Assembly (NCBI GenBank): GCA_963827275.1
Contig: CAWHAA010000004.1
Span: forward strand, 32,001 to 96,000
Length of the DNA stretch: 64,000 nt
DNA from: an uncultured Spirochaetota bacterium
GTDB taxonomy: Bacteria; Spirochaetota; UBA4802; UBA5550
Direction: 5' to 3'
Each line of letters opens with the position of its first letter. Position 1 is the first letter of the stretch. The notes below the pieces were generated by a model. That model was not told where the DNA came from and made no database searches. It was given only the letters and a program-made list of their open reading frames with translations. This document shows, piece after piece, positions 1 to 9,262 of this stretch. A program made the position numbers and the translations under genes.

Positions 1-131
1 GGAACGAGCCGGTCAGGCGCCTCCTGCGCGAGGCCGACCTGCGGGGCGTCAGGGTGACGGTGCCGATGATCGGCGAGCCGTATGCGGTGGGCGCGCCGGT
101 TTGCAGGACCGGCTGGTGGGAAACCGATTGA
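1..131 (+). CDS. 3' end of a gene, probably an MBL-fold metallo-hydrolase (NAPE-PLD/RomA-like); 5' truncated
   Basis: Frame from nt 3 reads NEPVRRLLREADLRGVRVTVPMIGEPYAVGAPVCRTGWWETD*. The EP..RL...P.IGE...WW pattern is typical of this family's C-terminus. Confidence 0.5.
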   Translation, partial: NEPVRRLLREADLRGVRVTVPMIGEPYAVGAPVCRTGWWETD

Positions 132-274
132 TCGAATTGCATTTTTACTGAAAATACGGGATGCGCCTGCGGCGCGGGTATGCCTGCCAGGTGACCGGCG
201 GACGCCGTGAGATACGGCCTGATACGAAGCGTCTCCCGACCGGCGTCATGCGTGCGCATATAACGGAGGTTGTC

Positions 275-1249
275 ATGAAGCATGTTATCATTGCGGTATC
301 AGCCCTTATGGTACTGTCGGGCGCGGGCGCGCTCGTGGCCGATTCGAACAAGGACCTGGCATCCGCCATAGCCGAGGGAAATGTTGCCGCTGCCAGGACC
401 GCGATCAGGGCCGGCGCGAAGCTCAGGGGAAAGAACGCGTACTTCCTGCACCAGGCCTGTTCGGGCGGCAATGCTGGGATCATCAGCCTGCTTCTTGAAA
501 ACAAGATAGACGTGAACAGGAAAACCCCTGAGGGGGAAACGGCACTTATGAGTGCGGTAAATTATCCCCCGAAGGTTGATGCGGCGCGGCTGCTGGTGAA
601 GGCGGGCGCTGACGTGAACGCGACGAACAGGAGAGCGCAGTCGCCCCTCCTCCTCGCTGCCCAGAACATGATCGATATAGAGCAGTACGCGGAGATTGCG
701 TCGCTCCTGCTCGCCTCCGGTGCGCGGCCGGATGACAGGGACGACAAGGGCATGACCGCGCTCATGTGGGCGTCCGGCCAGGGGAGCCCGGTAATCGCGA
801 GGCTGCTCCTTGCGGCGCGCGCGGATGCGAACCTGAAGGACGCCAACGGGATGACGGCGCTGATGTTTGCCGCGAACTTTTCGCAGAGGGAGAGCGTCGA
901 GGCGCTGATCGGCGCGGGCGCGAAGGTCAATGAGCAGGACGGCAGCGGCTGGTCCCCGCTCCTGCATGCGATAAAGGGCGCGTTCGAGCCCGGCGTGGTG
1001 AATTACCTGATCTCGAAGGGCGCGACGGTGGGCCTTGCGGCGAAAGGCGGCTGGACGCCGCTCATGGAGGCCGCCACCGGAGGAAAACCGGAAATCGTCA
1101 GGGCCCTTGTGAAGGCAAAGGCGGAGGTGAACGCAAAATCCGGCGAGGGACGGACCGCGCTGGGATATGCTTCAATGATGATAACCAGTGATCCGGGATC
1201 TCCTTTCAGACAGGTGGTGAGTATATTGAGAAGCGCCGGGGGCAGGTGA
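275..1249 (+). CDS. Secreted ankyrin-repeat protein
   Basis: GGAGG RBS before ATG 275 (MKHVIIAVSALMVL, signal peptide). Repeated ankyrin motifs GETALM, GMTALMWA, GMTALMFA, GWSPLLHA, GWTPLMEA. Confidence 0.9.
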   Translation: MKHVIIAVSALMVLSGAGALVADSNKDLASAIAEGNVAAARTAIRAGAKLRGKNAYFLHQACSGGNAGIISLLLENKIDVNRKTPEGETALMSAVNYPPKVDAARLLVKAGADVNATNRRAQSPLLLAAQNMIDIEQYAEIASLLLASGARPDDRDDKGMTALMWASGQGSPVIARLLLAARADANLKDANGMTALMFAANFSQRESVEALIGAGAKVNEQDGSGWSPLLHAIKGAFEPGVVNYLISKGATVGLAAKGGWTPLMEAATGGKPEIVRALVKAKAEVNAKSGEGRTALGYASMMITSDPGSPFRQVVSILRSAGGR

Positions 1250-1270
1250 GGGACTGTCGCGCCCGGGCGT

Positions 1271-3352
1271 TTATACCCTTTTCATGATGATCATGGTGAC
1301 GTCGTCCCTGCAGTCGTAATTGTTCAGGGACGCAATGATGGCGTTCTTGATGTCATCGACAGGCCGTTCAGCCGCTTTTCTGAACACCGCCCGCAGCCGT
1401 TCATCGCCGAACAACTGTGTGTCAGGATCGCGCAGGTCCTGGACGGAGCCGCGTTCCCATGCCTCGGTGATGCCGTCGGTATAGAGCAGCACCACGTCCC
1501 CCATGTCCATTGTGAAGACATTGTCCGTCAGGCCCCTCATCTCGTCCATAATGCCGATCCACATCCCGCTCGTTTCAATGAGCTCGACATCGCCCCTGTT
1601 TTTACGGTACACCATGATGTCCTGGTGGAGGCCGGAAAAGACGAACCGCCCGTCACGGTGCGCGGCGAGGACGGTAATGGTCAGATACTTATCCTCGTTG
1701 AGTTTTTTTATGTTCTGGTAGATGGTCTTATTGACTTTTACCAACACCTCCGAGGGCGCAATGCCCGGCTCGTTTTCTATAATGGTATTGATCGAGGTCT
1801 GCGCCATCATCATGATGAGACCGGCCGACACGCCGTGCCCGGACACGTCCCCGATGACGATCCAGTCCATCCCGGCCGCGCTTATGATATCGTAATAATC
1901 ACCACCGACGTCGCTCGCGGGCCGCATGAACGCTGATATTTCATACCCCGTGATCGACGGACGTTCCGGGAGGAGCACCGTCTGGATTTTTTTCGCCAGC
2001 TGCATCTCTCCCCAGAGCGCGTCGCGCGTTTCAATCAGGTTCTCGTTCATCGCTTCAATCTCCTCGTTGGCCGTCTGGAGTTCGGCGATCCTTTCCAGGA
2101 CTTTCAGTTCGAGACCCGCGTTCAGGGCGTAGAGCTCGTTTCTCAGGATGTTGATCCTGTCGACAAAGCCGAAGGAGAGGATGATGACCTGTAAAACCGC
2201 TCCCACATAAACGCCGTTTGTTGTCAGCACCGTCGCCGTGAGCGCCCCCTCGAGCTGCAGGACCATCATGATGACACCGGCGAAAAACAGGATAAGGGCG
2301 AAGGCGAAGAAGAGGGCGGGCCGTGACTTCTTCACAAAAATAAAGTGGATCGCCCAGACCACCCCCTCTATCGCGGAAAAACCGGCAAGGGCGGTGACGA
2401 CATTGATCGAGGTGTGGTAGTTGAAGACCAGGATTACCAGCGCGAGGATAATGGCCGTGACAGCCATGTGGACGTTCAGTATCCGGACCCATGCCGGGGA
2501 ATAATGCCTGATATTGTTATAGGTAATCATGAACGGGATAAAGGTAAGTATCACCGCTGACATGGCGATCGGTGTTGAAAAACTTCCGAGCCAGATGTTG
2601 TCCGGCCACAGGTACTGGAACGCCAGGCCGCTCATCGACATGGTAAAGAGGGCGAAGGAGCCGATATACATGACGTAAAAAAAATAGCTCCAGTCCCTTG
2701 TGGCGAAAAATATGATGAGATTATAGATAAACATGGCGAGTAAAATACCGAAATAGAGGCAGAAAAATATTATTTCACTGTCCCTCGTCGTTATGAAAAA
2801 ACCGTGCGAGAGCGCCGAAAGCTGTATGTTGACCGAAGACTCGGACTGATACCTGATATAGCAGGTTTTTTCCCCGCCTGCTTCAATCGCCAGCGGAATG
2901 ATAAAGCTCCTGTATTGGACGGGGCGGTGGGTGAACGGGTACCGGTTCCCGGTCTGTATCGTGCGGTAGCCGCCTTTTCCGTCCTGGCAGTAGAGGGTCA
3001 GGTGGTTGATGAGCGGATACGCCTGTTTCAGGTAGTATTCAATGTTTGACCGGGAGGGGTTCTTGACGGTGAACCGGACCCAGTATACGCTTTTCGTGAA
3101 CCCGAACCCGAGCTTTTCTTCGTTCGACGGTATCCACTGCAGGGCCCCGCTGCGATCCCCTGAAACAATATCGCGAAGGGCGATGGTGCCGCTCCTGTCT
3201 TCGAGATATTCAATATGCGTGCCGAGGGCGGCGTTCTCAAATTTTTCGTCAATTATAAACGGCCCGGCGGCGAGCAGGGGCTGGAGCGACCCGCAGGCGA
3301 AGAGGCAGGCTATCAGAGCGGGTTTGATGATGTTGAAAAGGGTCCGCGCCAT
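1271..3352 (-). CDS. 7TM-DISMED2 / 7TM-DISM sensor fused to a SpoIIE (PP2C-type) phosphatase
   Basis: Signal peptide; extracellular GFGFTKSVYWVRF; 7 TM segments; coiled coil; VGGDYYD, IGDVSGHG, YTDGITEA, DDVT. Confidence 0.9.
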   Translation of the reverse strand: MARTLFNIIKPALIACLFACGSLQPLLAAGPFIIDEKFENAALGTHIEYLEDRSGTIALRDIVSGDRSGALQWIPSNEEKLGFGFTKSVYWVRFTVKNPSRSNIEYYLKQAYPLINHLTLYCQDGKGGYRTIQTGNRYPFTHRPVQYRSFIIPLAIEAGGEKTCYIRYQSESSVNIQLSALSHGFFITTRDSEIIFFCLYFGILLAMFIYNLIIFFATRDWSYFFYVMYIGSFALFTMSMSGLAFQYLWPDNIWLGSFSTPIAMSAVILTFIPFMITYNNIRHYSPAWVRILNVHMAVTAIILALVILVFNYHTSINVVTALAGFSAIEGVVWAIHFIFVKKSRPALFFAFALILFFAGVIMMVLQLEGALTATVLTTNGVYVGAVLQVIILSFGFVDRINILRNELYALNAGLELKVLERIAELQTANEEIEAMNENLIETRDALWGEMQLAKKIQTVLLPERPSITGYEISAFMRPASDVGGDYYDIISAAGMDWIVIGDVSGHGVSAGLIMMMAQTSINTIIENEPGIAPSEVLVKVNKTIYQNIKKLNEDKYLTITVLAAHRDGRFVFSGLHQDIMVYRKNRGDVELIETSGMWIGIMDEMRGLTDNVFTMDMGDVVLLYTDGITEAWERGSVQDLRDPDTQLFGDERLRAVFRKAAERPVDDIKNAIIASLNNYDCRDDVTMIIMKRV

Positions 3353-3354
3353 GC

Positions 3355-5448
3355 CTAACTCACCCTCTGTATGATTACTATCGTGATGTCGTCATTGCAG
3401 ACGTAGCGTTCCAGTTCTTCCAGTATCCGTGTCTTAATCTCACTGATCGGAGCGCTGCCGGCCGCGGTAAAAATGTTCTTCAGCCGGCCCTCTCCGAAAA
3501 TCGGGCTTTCGTGTTTTGATTTTTCCTTAACGGTGTCTTTTTCCCGCGCGTTAATGACGCCATCCGTGTAGAGGAGCATGATGTCGCCGATGCCGATTTC
3601 AAATGCGGAATCCGCAAGGGTGTCCGAGAGCTCGTCCACCATGCCGAGCCACATGCCGTTCGTTTCTATCAGCTCCACCTCGGCCCGGTTCTTTCGATAG
3701 ATCATGATGTCCTGGTGAAGGCCGGAAAATACGAACTTCCCCTCCCTGTGCGCAGCGAAGGCGGAGAGCGTCATGAATTTTTCACCGCCGAGCTTGCGTA
3801 TGTTGCGGTAGAGGGTCCTGTTGACTTTGATCAGCACCTCCGACGGCGTGAGGTCCGGGCGGTCCCGGATGACAGTATTGATGGCGGTCTGCGCCATCAT
3901 CATGATGAGGCCGGCCGGAACGCCATGGCCCGAAACGTCGCCGATGACGATCCAGTCCATTCCCCCGGTGTTGATGATGTCGTAGTAATCCCCGCCCGTG
4001 TCCTCCGCCGGGCGCATGTAGGTCGAGAGGTTATACCCGGGGATCGCGGGAGTTTCCGGCAGGAGGACCGTCTGTATTTTTTTCGCGAGTTGTATCTCCG
4101 CCCACAGCGCGTTTTTTACGTCCATGAGGTTCCTGTTGATGACCAGCACTTCTTCGTGTATCGCGTTGAGTTCCCCGGTGCGCTCCTCGACTTTCAGCTC
4201 AAGGTCCCGGTGCAAAAGGCCCAGCTCGTTCTTCATGATGTTTATTTTATCAACCAGCCCGATCGACAGGGTCATGACCTGGAACACGGCCCCGATATAG
4301 ATGCCCTTCATGGTCAGGAAGGTCGGGGGGACGATCCCCCGGTGGAACAGGACGACGGTGATTACGCCAAGAAGAAACAGGACATACGAGCAGATGAAAA
4401 ACAGCGCCTGGCGGGATTTTCTGGCGATCATTTGATAGGTGATAGACACTATCGCGAGGCTCGCCGCAATGCCGGCAAGGGCGTTTGCGGAGGTTATCGC
4501 AAACCAGTAGTTGCGGTTGACGAGCATGATGACGAGCAGGATGACCGACAGGATGGCTATTGCCTTGAAAATCACGTACGAGATTTTCATTTGCTCCCGC
4601 ATATTGGTGAAATCAACGGCAAACTGGATGATTGAAAATATAATTATCACCATCGTGATCGCAATCGGCAATTTGCCGATCGCGGCGTTGCCCGGCCACA
4701 GGTATTGGAAGGCCATGCCGTCGAGTGTCATGGTAAACAGGCCGAATGAAGCAATGTAGAGGGTGTAATAAATATAACTCCGGTCCCGCGTCGAGAAAAA
4801 TATAAACAGATTAAATATAAACATAACGAAGAAAATCCCGTAAAACAGCCAGTAGAATATTGCATCGTTGTTTTTGATGCGTTCGAATGTCTCGGGCGAC
4901 GCGACCGAAAGATGGATATTGATGGAGCCGTGCGAATCAAGCCGGAGGTAGAGCGTTTCCGTCACTCCCGCTCCTATCGTGAGGGGAAAGATAAAGTTTT
5001 TGTATTTATACGGCCTCTGCGAAAAGGGATAGGCCGCGCCGGTTTGAATGACGGAATAAGCCCCGGTTTTGTCGGGAACGTACAGCGCCAGCCTGTCGAT
5101 ATGGGGGTATTCCTGGTGCAGGTAAAATGCAATGTCCCTGCCTGTCGGGTTCTTCAGCGCGAACCGCACCCAGTATACCGCTTCCCTGAACCCGAAGCCG
5201 GGCTTTTCTTTGCGGGACCGCTGCCATGCCAGCCTGCCGGCGGTCCTGTCGAGCATGATGTCATTAAATGAGAACGATCTGTCTGTATCCTCAAAATACT
5301 CGATTGAGCGGCCTATGACCGTAACGGTGAGGGCCTCGTCGATGATGACCGGCTCCATTGCATACAGCGATGCCCGCGTTCCCCCTGCGCAGAGGACCGC
5401 AAGGGCGCAGATCATCACGCCTCGCTTGATGCTGCGGTGCAGGCACAT
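3355..5448 (-). CDS. 7TM-DISMED2 / 7TM-DISM - SpoIIE phosphatase, tandem paralogue of the previous gene
   Basis: Same architecture; GGDYYD, GDVSGHG, YTDGV, DDIT; 2 nt from its paralogue. Confidence 0.9.
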   Translation of the reverse strand: MCLHRSIKRGVMICALAVLCAGGTRASLYAMEPVIIDEALTVTVIGRSIEYFEDTDRSFSFNDIMLDRTAGRLAWQRSRKEKPGFGFREAVYWVRFALKNPTGRDIAFYLHQEYPHIDRLALYVPDKTGAYSVIQTGAAYPFSQRPYKYKNFIFPLTIGAGVTETLYLRLDSHGSINIHLSVASPETFERIKNNDAIFYWLFYGIFFVMFIFNLFIFFSTRDRSYIYYTLYIASFGLFTMTLDGMAFQYLWPGNAAIGKLPIAITMVIIIFSIIQFAVDFTNMREQMKISYVIFKAIAILSVILLVIMLVNRNYWFAITSANALAGIAASLAIVSITYQMIARKSRQALFFICSYVLFLLGVITVVLFHRGIVPPTFLTMKGIYIGAVFQVMTLSIGLVDKINIMKNELGLLHRDLELKVEERTGELNAIHEEVLVINRNLMDVKNALWAEIQLAKKIQTVLLPETPAIPGYNLSTYMRPAEDTGGDYYDIINTGGMDWIVIGDVSGHGVPAGLIMMMAQTAINTVIRDRPDLTPSEVLIKVNRTLYRNIRKLGGEKFMTLSAFAAHREGKFVFSGLHQDIMIYRKNRAEVELIETNGMWLGMVDELSDTLADSAFEIGIGDIMLLYTDGVINAREKDTVKEKSKHESPIFGEGRLKNIFTAAGSAPISEIKTRILEELERYVCNDDITIVIIQRVS

Positions 5449-5696
5449 CTACAGCACCACAAGGGATCGGACCGGACCGCAGTCTGTCACGGCCCGTCGA
5501 ATCGGGTTACATGGCATAGATATTAATGTGCGAATGATAAATTTTCTCTCTGCGGCCGATACGCAATGGTATGAACCACAAAACAACTTGTTAGTTTAAT
5601 GATGACAGATTATCGGGCCATGTCAATACAATTTTGATGTGCGGACCGGTTCCACTTTGCCCGCGTGCGGCCTTATTCCGGGTAACGCACCGTTTA

Positions 5697-6146
5697 TTAC
5701 TGGCCGACCGGCGTTTTGCAGCTCCTGCAAAATTTTGCTCCCCGGTAGAGGGATATATGGCACGAGGGGCATGTGTACCTGGCAGCTTCTTCCTCCAGCC
5801 ATTGCGCGGTGCCGAGTTCTTTCCAGCGGGGGACCGAGCGAAGTATCACTTTTTTCCCCTCAGCGACAGGAAAGTTTTCGATATGTGCGCAGGGGAAGTC
5901 GGCGCACCTGAAACAGCCTTCGATATTCTTTTCTTTTGTGCAGGACTTTATCGGGCAGACCTTGCAGTAGAGGAAGATGCTCTCCGGGTCGTCTGACAGG
6001 CACCCCGCGCAGTGCGCCTGTCCCGGTGTCACCCCGAAGGCCTTCGCGAATTTTTCCCTGAGTTTTTCATTGTTCTCCTGCGTGGCGATGTAGACACCGC
6101 ACGCGCCGCAGTAGAGCCCGCACGGGGCGGCAAGCTGTTTGTTCAT
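5697..6146 (-). CDS. DUF3795-family Cys-rich (metal/FeS-binding) protein
   Basis: APCGLYCGAC, CAGC, CKVCPIKSC, CFRCADFPC, CPSC...CRSC. Confidence 0.8.
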   Translation of the reverse strand: MNKQLAAPCGLYCGACGVYIATQENNEKLREKFAKAFGVTPGQAHCAGCLSDDPESIFLYCKVCPIKSCTKEKNIEGCFRCADFPCAHIENFPVAEGKKVILRSVPRWKELGTAQWLEEEAARYTCPSCHISLYRGAKFCRSCKTPVGQ

Positions 6147-6179
6147 GATGGCACCCCCGATTTTTTTATGTGCTCCGGC

Positions 6180-6545
6180 TTACCGGAGACGCTCCATTAT
6201 TTTTTCGTGATATTCGGGAAGAAATACCTTGCCGGTCCTCTTTTCCACGAGCATGTTGTAGCGTAGCTGCTTTTCGTTCAGCCTGACCCTGAGGGCGACC
6301 TTTTCCTCGTCGCGCGCGCAGATTCTGAGGAGTTCATTTATGGTGGAGATTTCTTTCCTGAGGACGATTTCTTCAGGCAGCACTCCCGCGTTGCGCATGA
6401 TCTTTATGGCCATGCGGAGCTCGGGCGAGACATTATCCAGCCCGTCCGGCGGCAGGGGCTTTCCCGCGAAGGGATTGTTGTCGAATTCACCCCGCTCCAT
6501 GGCTTCCAGTATCCTGTGCTCGGCGATGATTTCGAAGGCGTACAT
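6180..6545 (-). CDS. DUF1992 / DnaJC28 conserved-domain protein
   Basis: IAEHRILEAMERGEFDN..GKPL...ELRMAIKIMRNAGVLPEE. Confidence 0.85.
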   Translation of the reverse strand: MYAFEIIAEHRILEAMERGEFDNNPFAGKPLPPDGLDNVSPELRMAIKIMRNAGVLPEEIVLRKEISTINELLRICARDEEKVALRVRLNEKQLRYNMLVEKRTGKVFLPEYHEKIMERLR

Positions 6546-6724
6546 GATTGTCCAATGCGCCGCGGACCGATATTTTGCAAGTAAAAATTAATCTCCCCGG
6601 CAGCGGGCGTGGTGCCTTTTTCCCGGGGAACGCCATAGCACAGTGCCGGCCGGGCCCTTGATTTAAAAAATATGTTGAAAATAACGGGCATTTCACGCAG
6701 TATAAAAAAAAGCCGGGGGGGAGC

Positions 6725-7459
6725 ATGAAAAAAGCCGTCATAATCGGGGCAAGCTCCGGGATTGGGAAGGAACTTGCCCGGGTGTTTTCACGCAATAATT
6801 ACGCGGTCGGCATTGCCGCGCGCAGGCTGGACCTGCTTGAAGGACTGCGGCGCGAGCTGCCGAACGTGGCGGCTGTCGCATATATCGACCTGTGCAACAA
6901 TGATGACATGGAAAAACGGATGGAGACGCTCATCGCCGGGACGGGCGGTGCCGATGTTATCGTGATTTCATCGGGGACCGGGTTCCTGAACGACGAACTG
7001 GAGTGGGAAAAGGAAAAAGCGACCATCGATGTCAATGTGCTCGGTTTCGCGCGCGTCGTGAATTTCGCGGTGCGGTATTTTTCCGGAAGGGGCGAGGGGC
7101 ACCTTGTCGGCATCTCGTCGATCGGCGCGCTGCGCGGGAATGCTACCGCGCCGGCGTACAATGCCTCAAAGGCCTTTGTCTCGAATTACCTCGAGGGGAT
7201 CCGCTGCAAAATGAAAAAGTCGGGCCTGCATGTCACCGTAACCGAGATACTGCCCGGTTTTGTCGATACCGCAATGGCGAAAGGCGATGGGCTGGACGGG
7301 AAGGGCGGCCTGTTCTGGGTGGCGTCGCCCGTGACCGCCGCGAATCAGATCTACGCCGCAATCGTCAGGAAAAGGGAGCGCGCGTACGTGACGAGGAGAT
7401 GGCGCCTCATCGCGTGGCTCTTAAAAATCATGCCTGGCAGCGTGTATTCCAGGTTCTAG
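6725..7459 (+). CDS. Short-chain dehydrogenase/reductase
   Basis: IIGASSGIG Rossmann motif; catalytic YNASK; GGAG RBS. Confidence 0.9.
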   Translation: MKKAVIIGASSGIGKELARVFSRNNYAVGIAARRLDLLEGLRRELPNVAAVAYIDLCNNDDMEKRMETLIAGTGGADVIVISSGTGFLNDELEWEKEKATIDVNVLGFARVVNFAVRYFSGRGEGHLVGISSIGALRGNATAPAYNASKAFVSNYLEGIRCKMKKSGLHVTVTEILPGFVDTAMAKGDGLDGKGGLFWVASPVTAANQIYAAIVRKRERAYVTRRWRLIAWLLKIMPGSVYSRF

Positions 7460-7581
7460 ACGCGCCGGGACGGGCTGATTTTTAACAGCGGGGCTGAATA
7501 AATTAATTAAAGAATGGACAGATTTTTATATTATGATACAGGTGCAAAGAGCGATGCAATAACGGCACGAGGACAAAAAAT

Positions 7582-7734
7582 TTGGCACAAAATAACTACA
7601 AATTTGAAAAGCGCAAAAAAGAACTGGCGAAGAAGAAAAAGAAAGAAGAGAAACAGCAGCGCAAGCGGGAAAAGGGCGGCCCCGATCAGGATACGGACCA
7701 GGAAGAGGCCCCGGTCAGCGACGGCGCCGATTGA
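7582..7734 (+). CDS. 50-aa Lys-rich small protein with an acidic tail (not in the ORF track)
   Basis: GAGGA RBS then TTG start: MAQNNYKFEKRKKELAKKKKKEEKQQRKREKGGPDQDTDQEEAPVSDGAD*. Confidence 0.65.
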   Translation: MAQNNYKFEKRKKELAKKKKKEEKQQRKREKGGPDQDTDQEEAPVSDGAD

Positions 7735-7849
7735 ATGTTCCGCGGCGTATAAAAATAGCAGAATGAGAACCCTGCCCCCGGGCCGCTTCACGCCGCTGTC
7801 CCGGTGGCGGTTTGATATATACCACGATCGTGCTGGATGATCCCCCACT

Positions 7850-8707
7850 ATGAAAAAAAAACCCGGATACGGCAATGTGCCGGAAGGCTTCGATGTCTAC
7901 CATTCATCGGCAATAGTGGTCATGCCGGTGCCGTATGACGAGACTTCCACCTGGATGAAGGGGGCGGACAAGGGTCCTGACGCGCTCATCGAGGCGTCGT
8001 GGAACATGTATCTCTATGATATTGAAACTGACTCCGAGGTGTACGAGCGGGGCATCCATACCGATGAGCCGGTGCTGGAAAAAACCACCCCGGAGGCGAT
8101 GGTGAGCGCCGTGAGGGAGCGGGCGGCGGGGCACCTCGCTGAGGGCAAGTTCCTGGTGACCGTGGGCGGCGAGCACTCCGTCACGGTCGGCGCGGTGCAG
8201 GCGCATGCCGAGGTCTATGACGATCTCTCCGTGCTCCAGCTGGATGCCCATGCCGATCTCCAGGAGGAATTCAACGGATCGAAATACAACCATGCCTGCG
8301 CGATGGCGCGGGTCCGTGAATCGTGTCCCGTGGTGCATGTTGGCATCCGCAGCATGGACGCGTGCGAACGGGCCGCCGCTGAACCGGGCCATGTCTTTTA
8401 CGCCGAGGAAATTCAGGGCAGGGACGACTGGATGGACGGTGTTGCCGCGCTGCTGACGGACCGGGTGTATGTCACCATCGACCTTGACGCGTTCGATAGT
8501 TCAATCATGCCGGCGACAGGAACCCCCGAGCCGGGGGGGCTTGGCTGGTATGACGTCATCACGCTCCTTAAAAAAATCACGAGCGCAAAGCGGATCGTTG
8601 GCTTTGACGTGGTTGAATTGTGCCCGAATTCCTGCAGCAGGCCCGCAGAGTATCTTGCCGCGAAACTCGTTTACCGGCTGCTGGGCATGGTCTTTAAAAA
8701 CGGGTGA
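7850..8707 (+). CDS. speB: Agmatinase (ureohydrolase family)
   Basis: GGEHS, DAHAD, SKYNHAC, DLDAFD, GTPEPGG. Confidence 0.9.
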   Translation: MKKKPGYGNVPEGFDVYHSSAIVVMPVPYDETSTWMKGADKGPDALIEASWNMYLYDIETDSEVYERGIHTDEPVLEKTTPEAMVSAVRERAAGHLAEGKFLVTVGGEHSVTVGAVQAHAEVYDDLSVLQLDAHADLQEEFNGSKYNHACAMARVRESCPVVHVGIRSMDACERAAAEPGHVFYAEEIQGRDDWMDGVAALLTDRVYVTIDLDAFDSSIMPATGTPEPGGLGWYDVITLLKKITSAKRIVGFDVVELCPNSCSRPAEYLAAKLVYRLLGMVFKNG

Positions 8708-8725
8708 CCGGGCGCCGGCCGCGGT

Positions 8726-9217
8726 TCAGGGGCGGGTCCTGGTCCTCTTCACTATATAGGGCATGACAACGCCCAGGGAAATGTATCTCTCCTGCAGCGC
8801 CTCCGGGAGGTGCTTGAAGTCGCGCACCGTGCCGCGGCAGTTTTTGTCTCCGCAGAGGCACGCCATCTCCCAGCAGTCTTCGTCCATCGTGGTGGAATAG
8901 TCGAAGGAAAGCTCCTCGCCCTTCCGTATGTCGCGTATGGCGATGAACCCGACCTTCCCGTCGCGGTAGATCAGTCCGCCGTTGGGGTTGCAGGAATGGT
9001 TGATGAGGTCGTCGGCGTTCCCGGACGGCCCCATGAAGAGGTCTTCGTCGATCTGCAGGTAGTGGTTGTTCCCGGGATCGTGCACCTTCAGGTACTCGTC
9101 CATGGAGCATAGCGGGCCGGTGAACTCGCATACGAATTCCCCTTTCCGTATATCGTCATCGGCAAAAACCGCCTTTCCCTTTTCCGTTTCCCGTATTACC
9201 AGACGGCATTGTTCCAT
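8726..9217 (-). CDS. SET-domain lysine methyltransferase with post-SET Cys motif
   Basis: GKAVFA, INHSCNPN, GEELSFDY, CLCGDKNCRG. Confidence 0.9.
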   Translation of the reverse strand: MEQCRLVIRETEKGKAVFADDDIRKGEFVCEFTGPLCSMDEYLKVHDPGNNHYLQIDEDLFMGPSGNADDLINHSCNPNGGLIYRDGKVGFIAIRDIRKGEELSFDYSTTMDEDCWEMACLCGDKNCRGTVRDFKHLPEALQERYISLGVVMPYIVKRTRTRP

Positions 9218-9262
9218 TGCGTGAGACCTCGTATCATGTTCTTTACACTGCCGCCCCGGGGG

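Noticed and set aside
7514..7875. Track ORFs 7514-7840 (+) and 7531-7875 (-)
   Set aside because: Low-complexity alternative frames of the A-rich 50-aa ORF, which has the better RBS.
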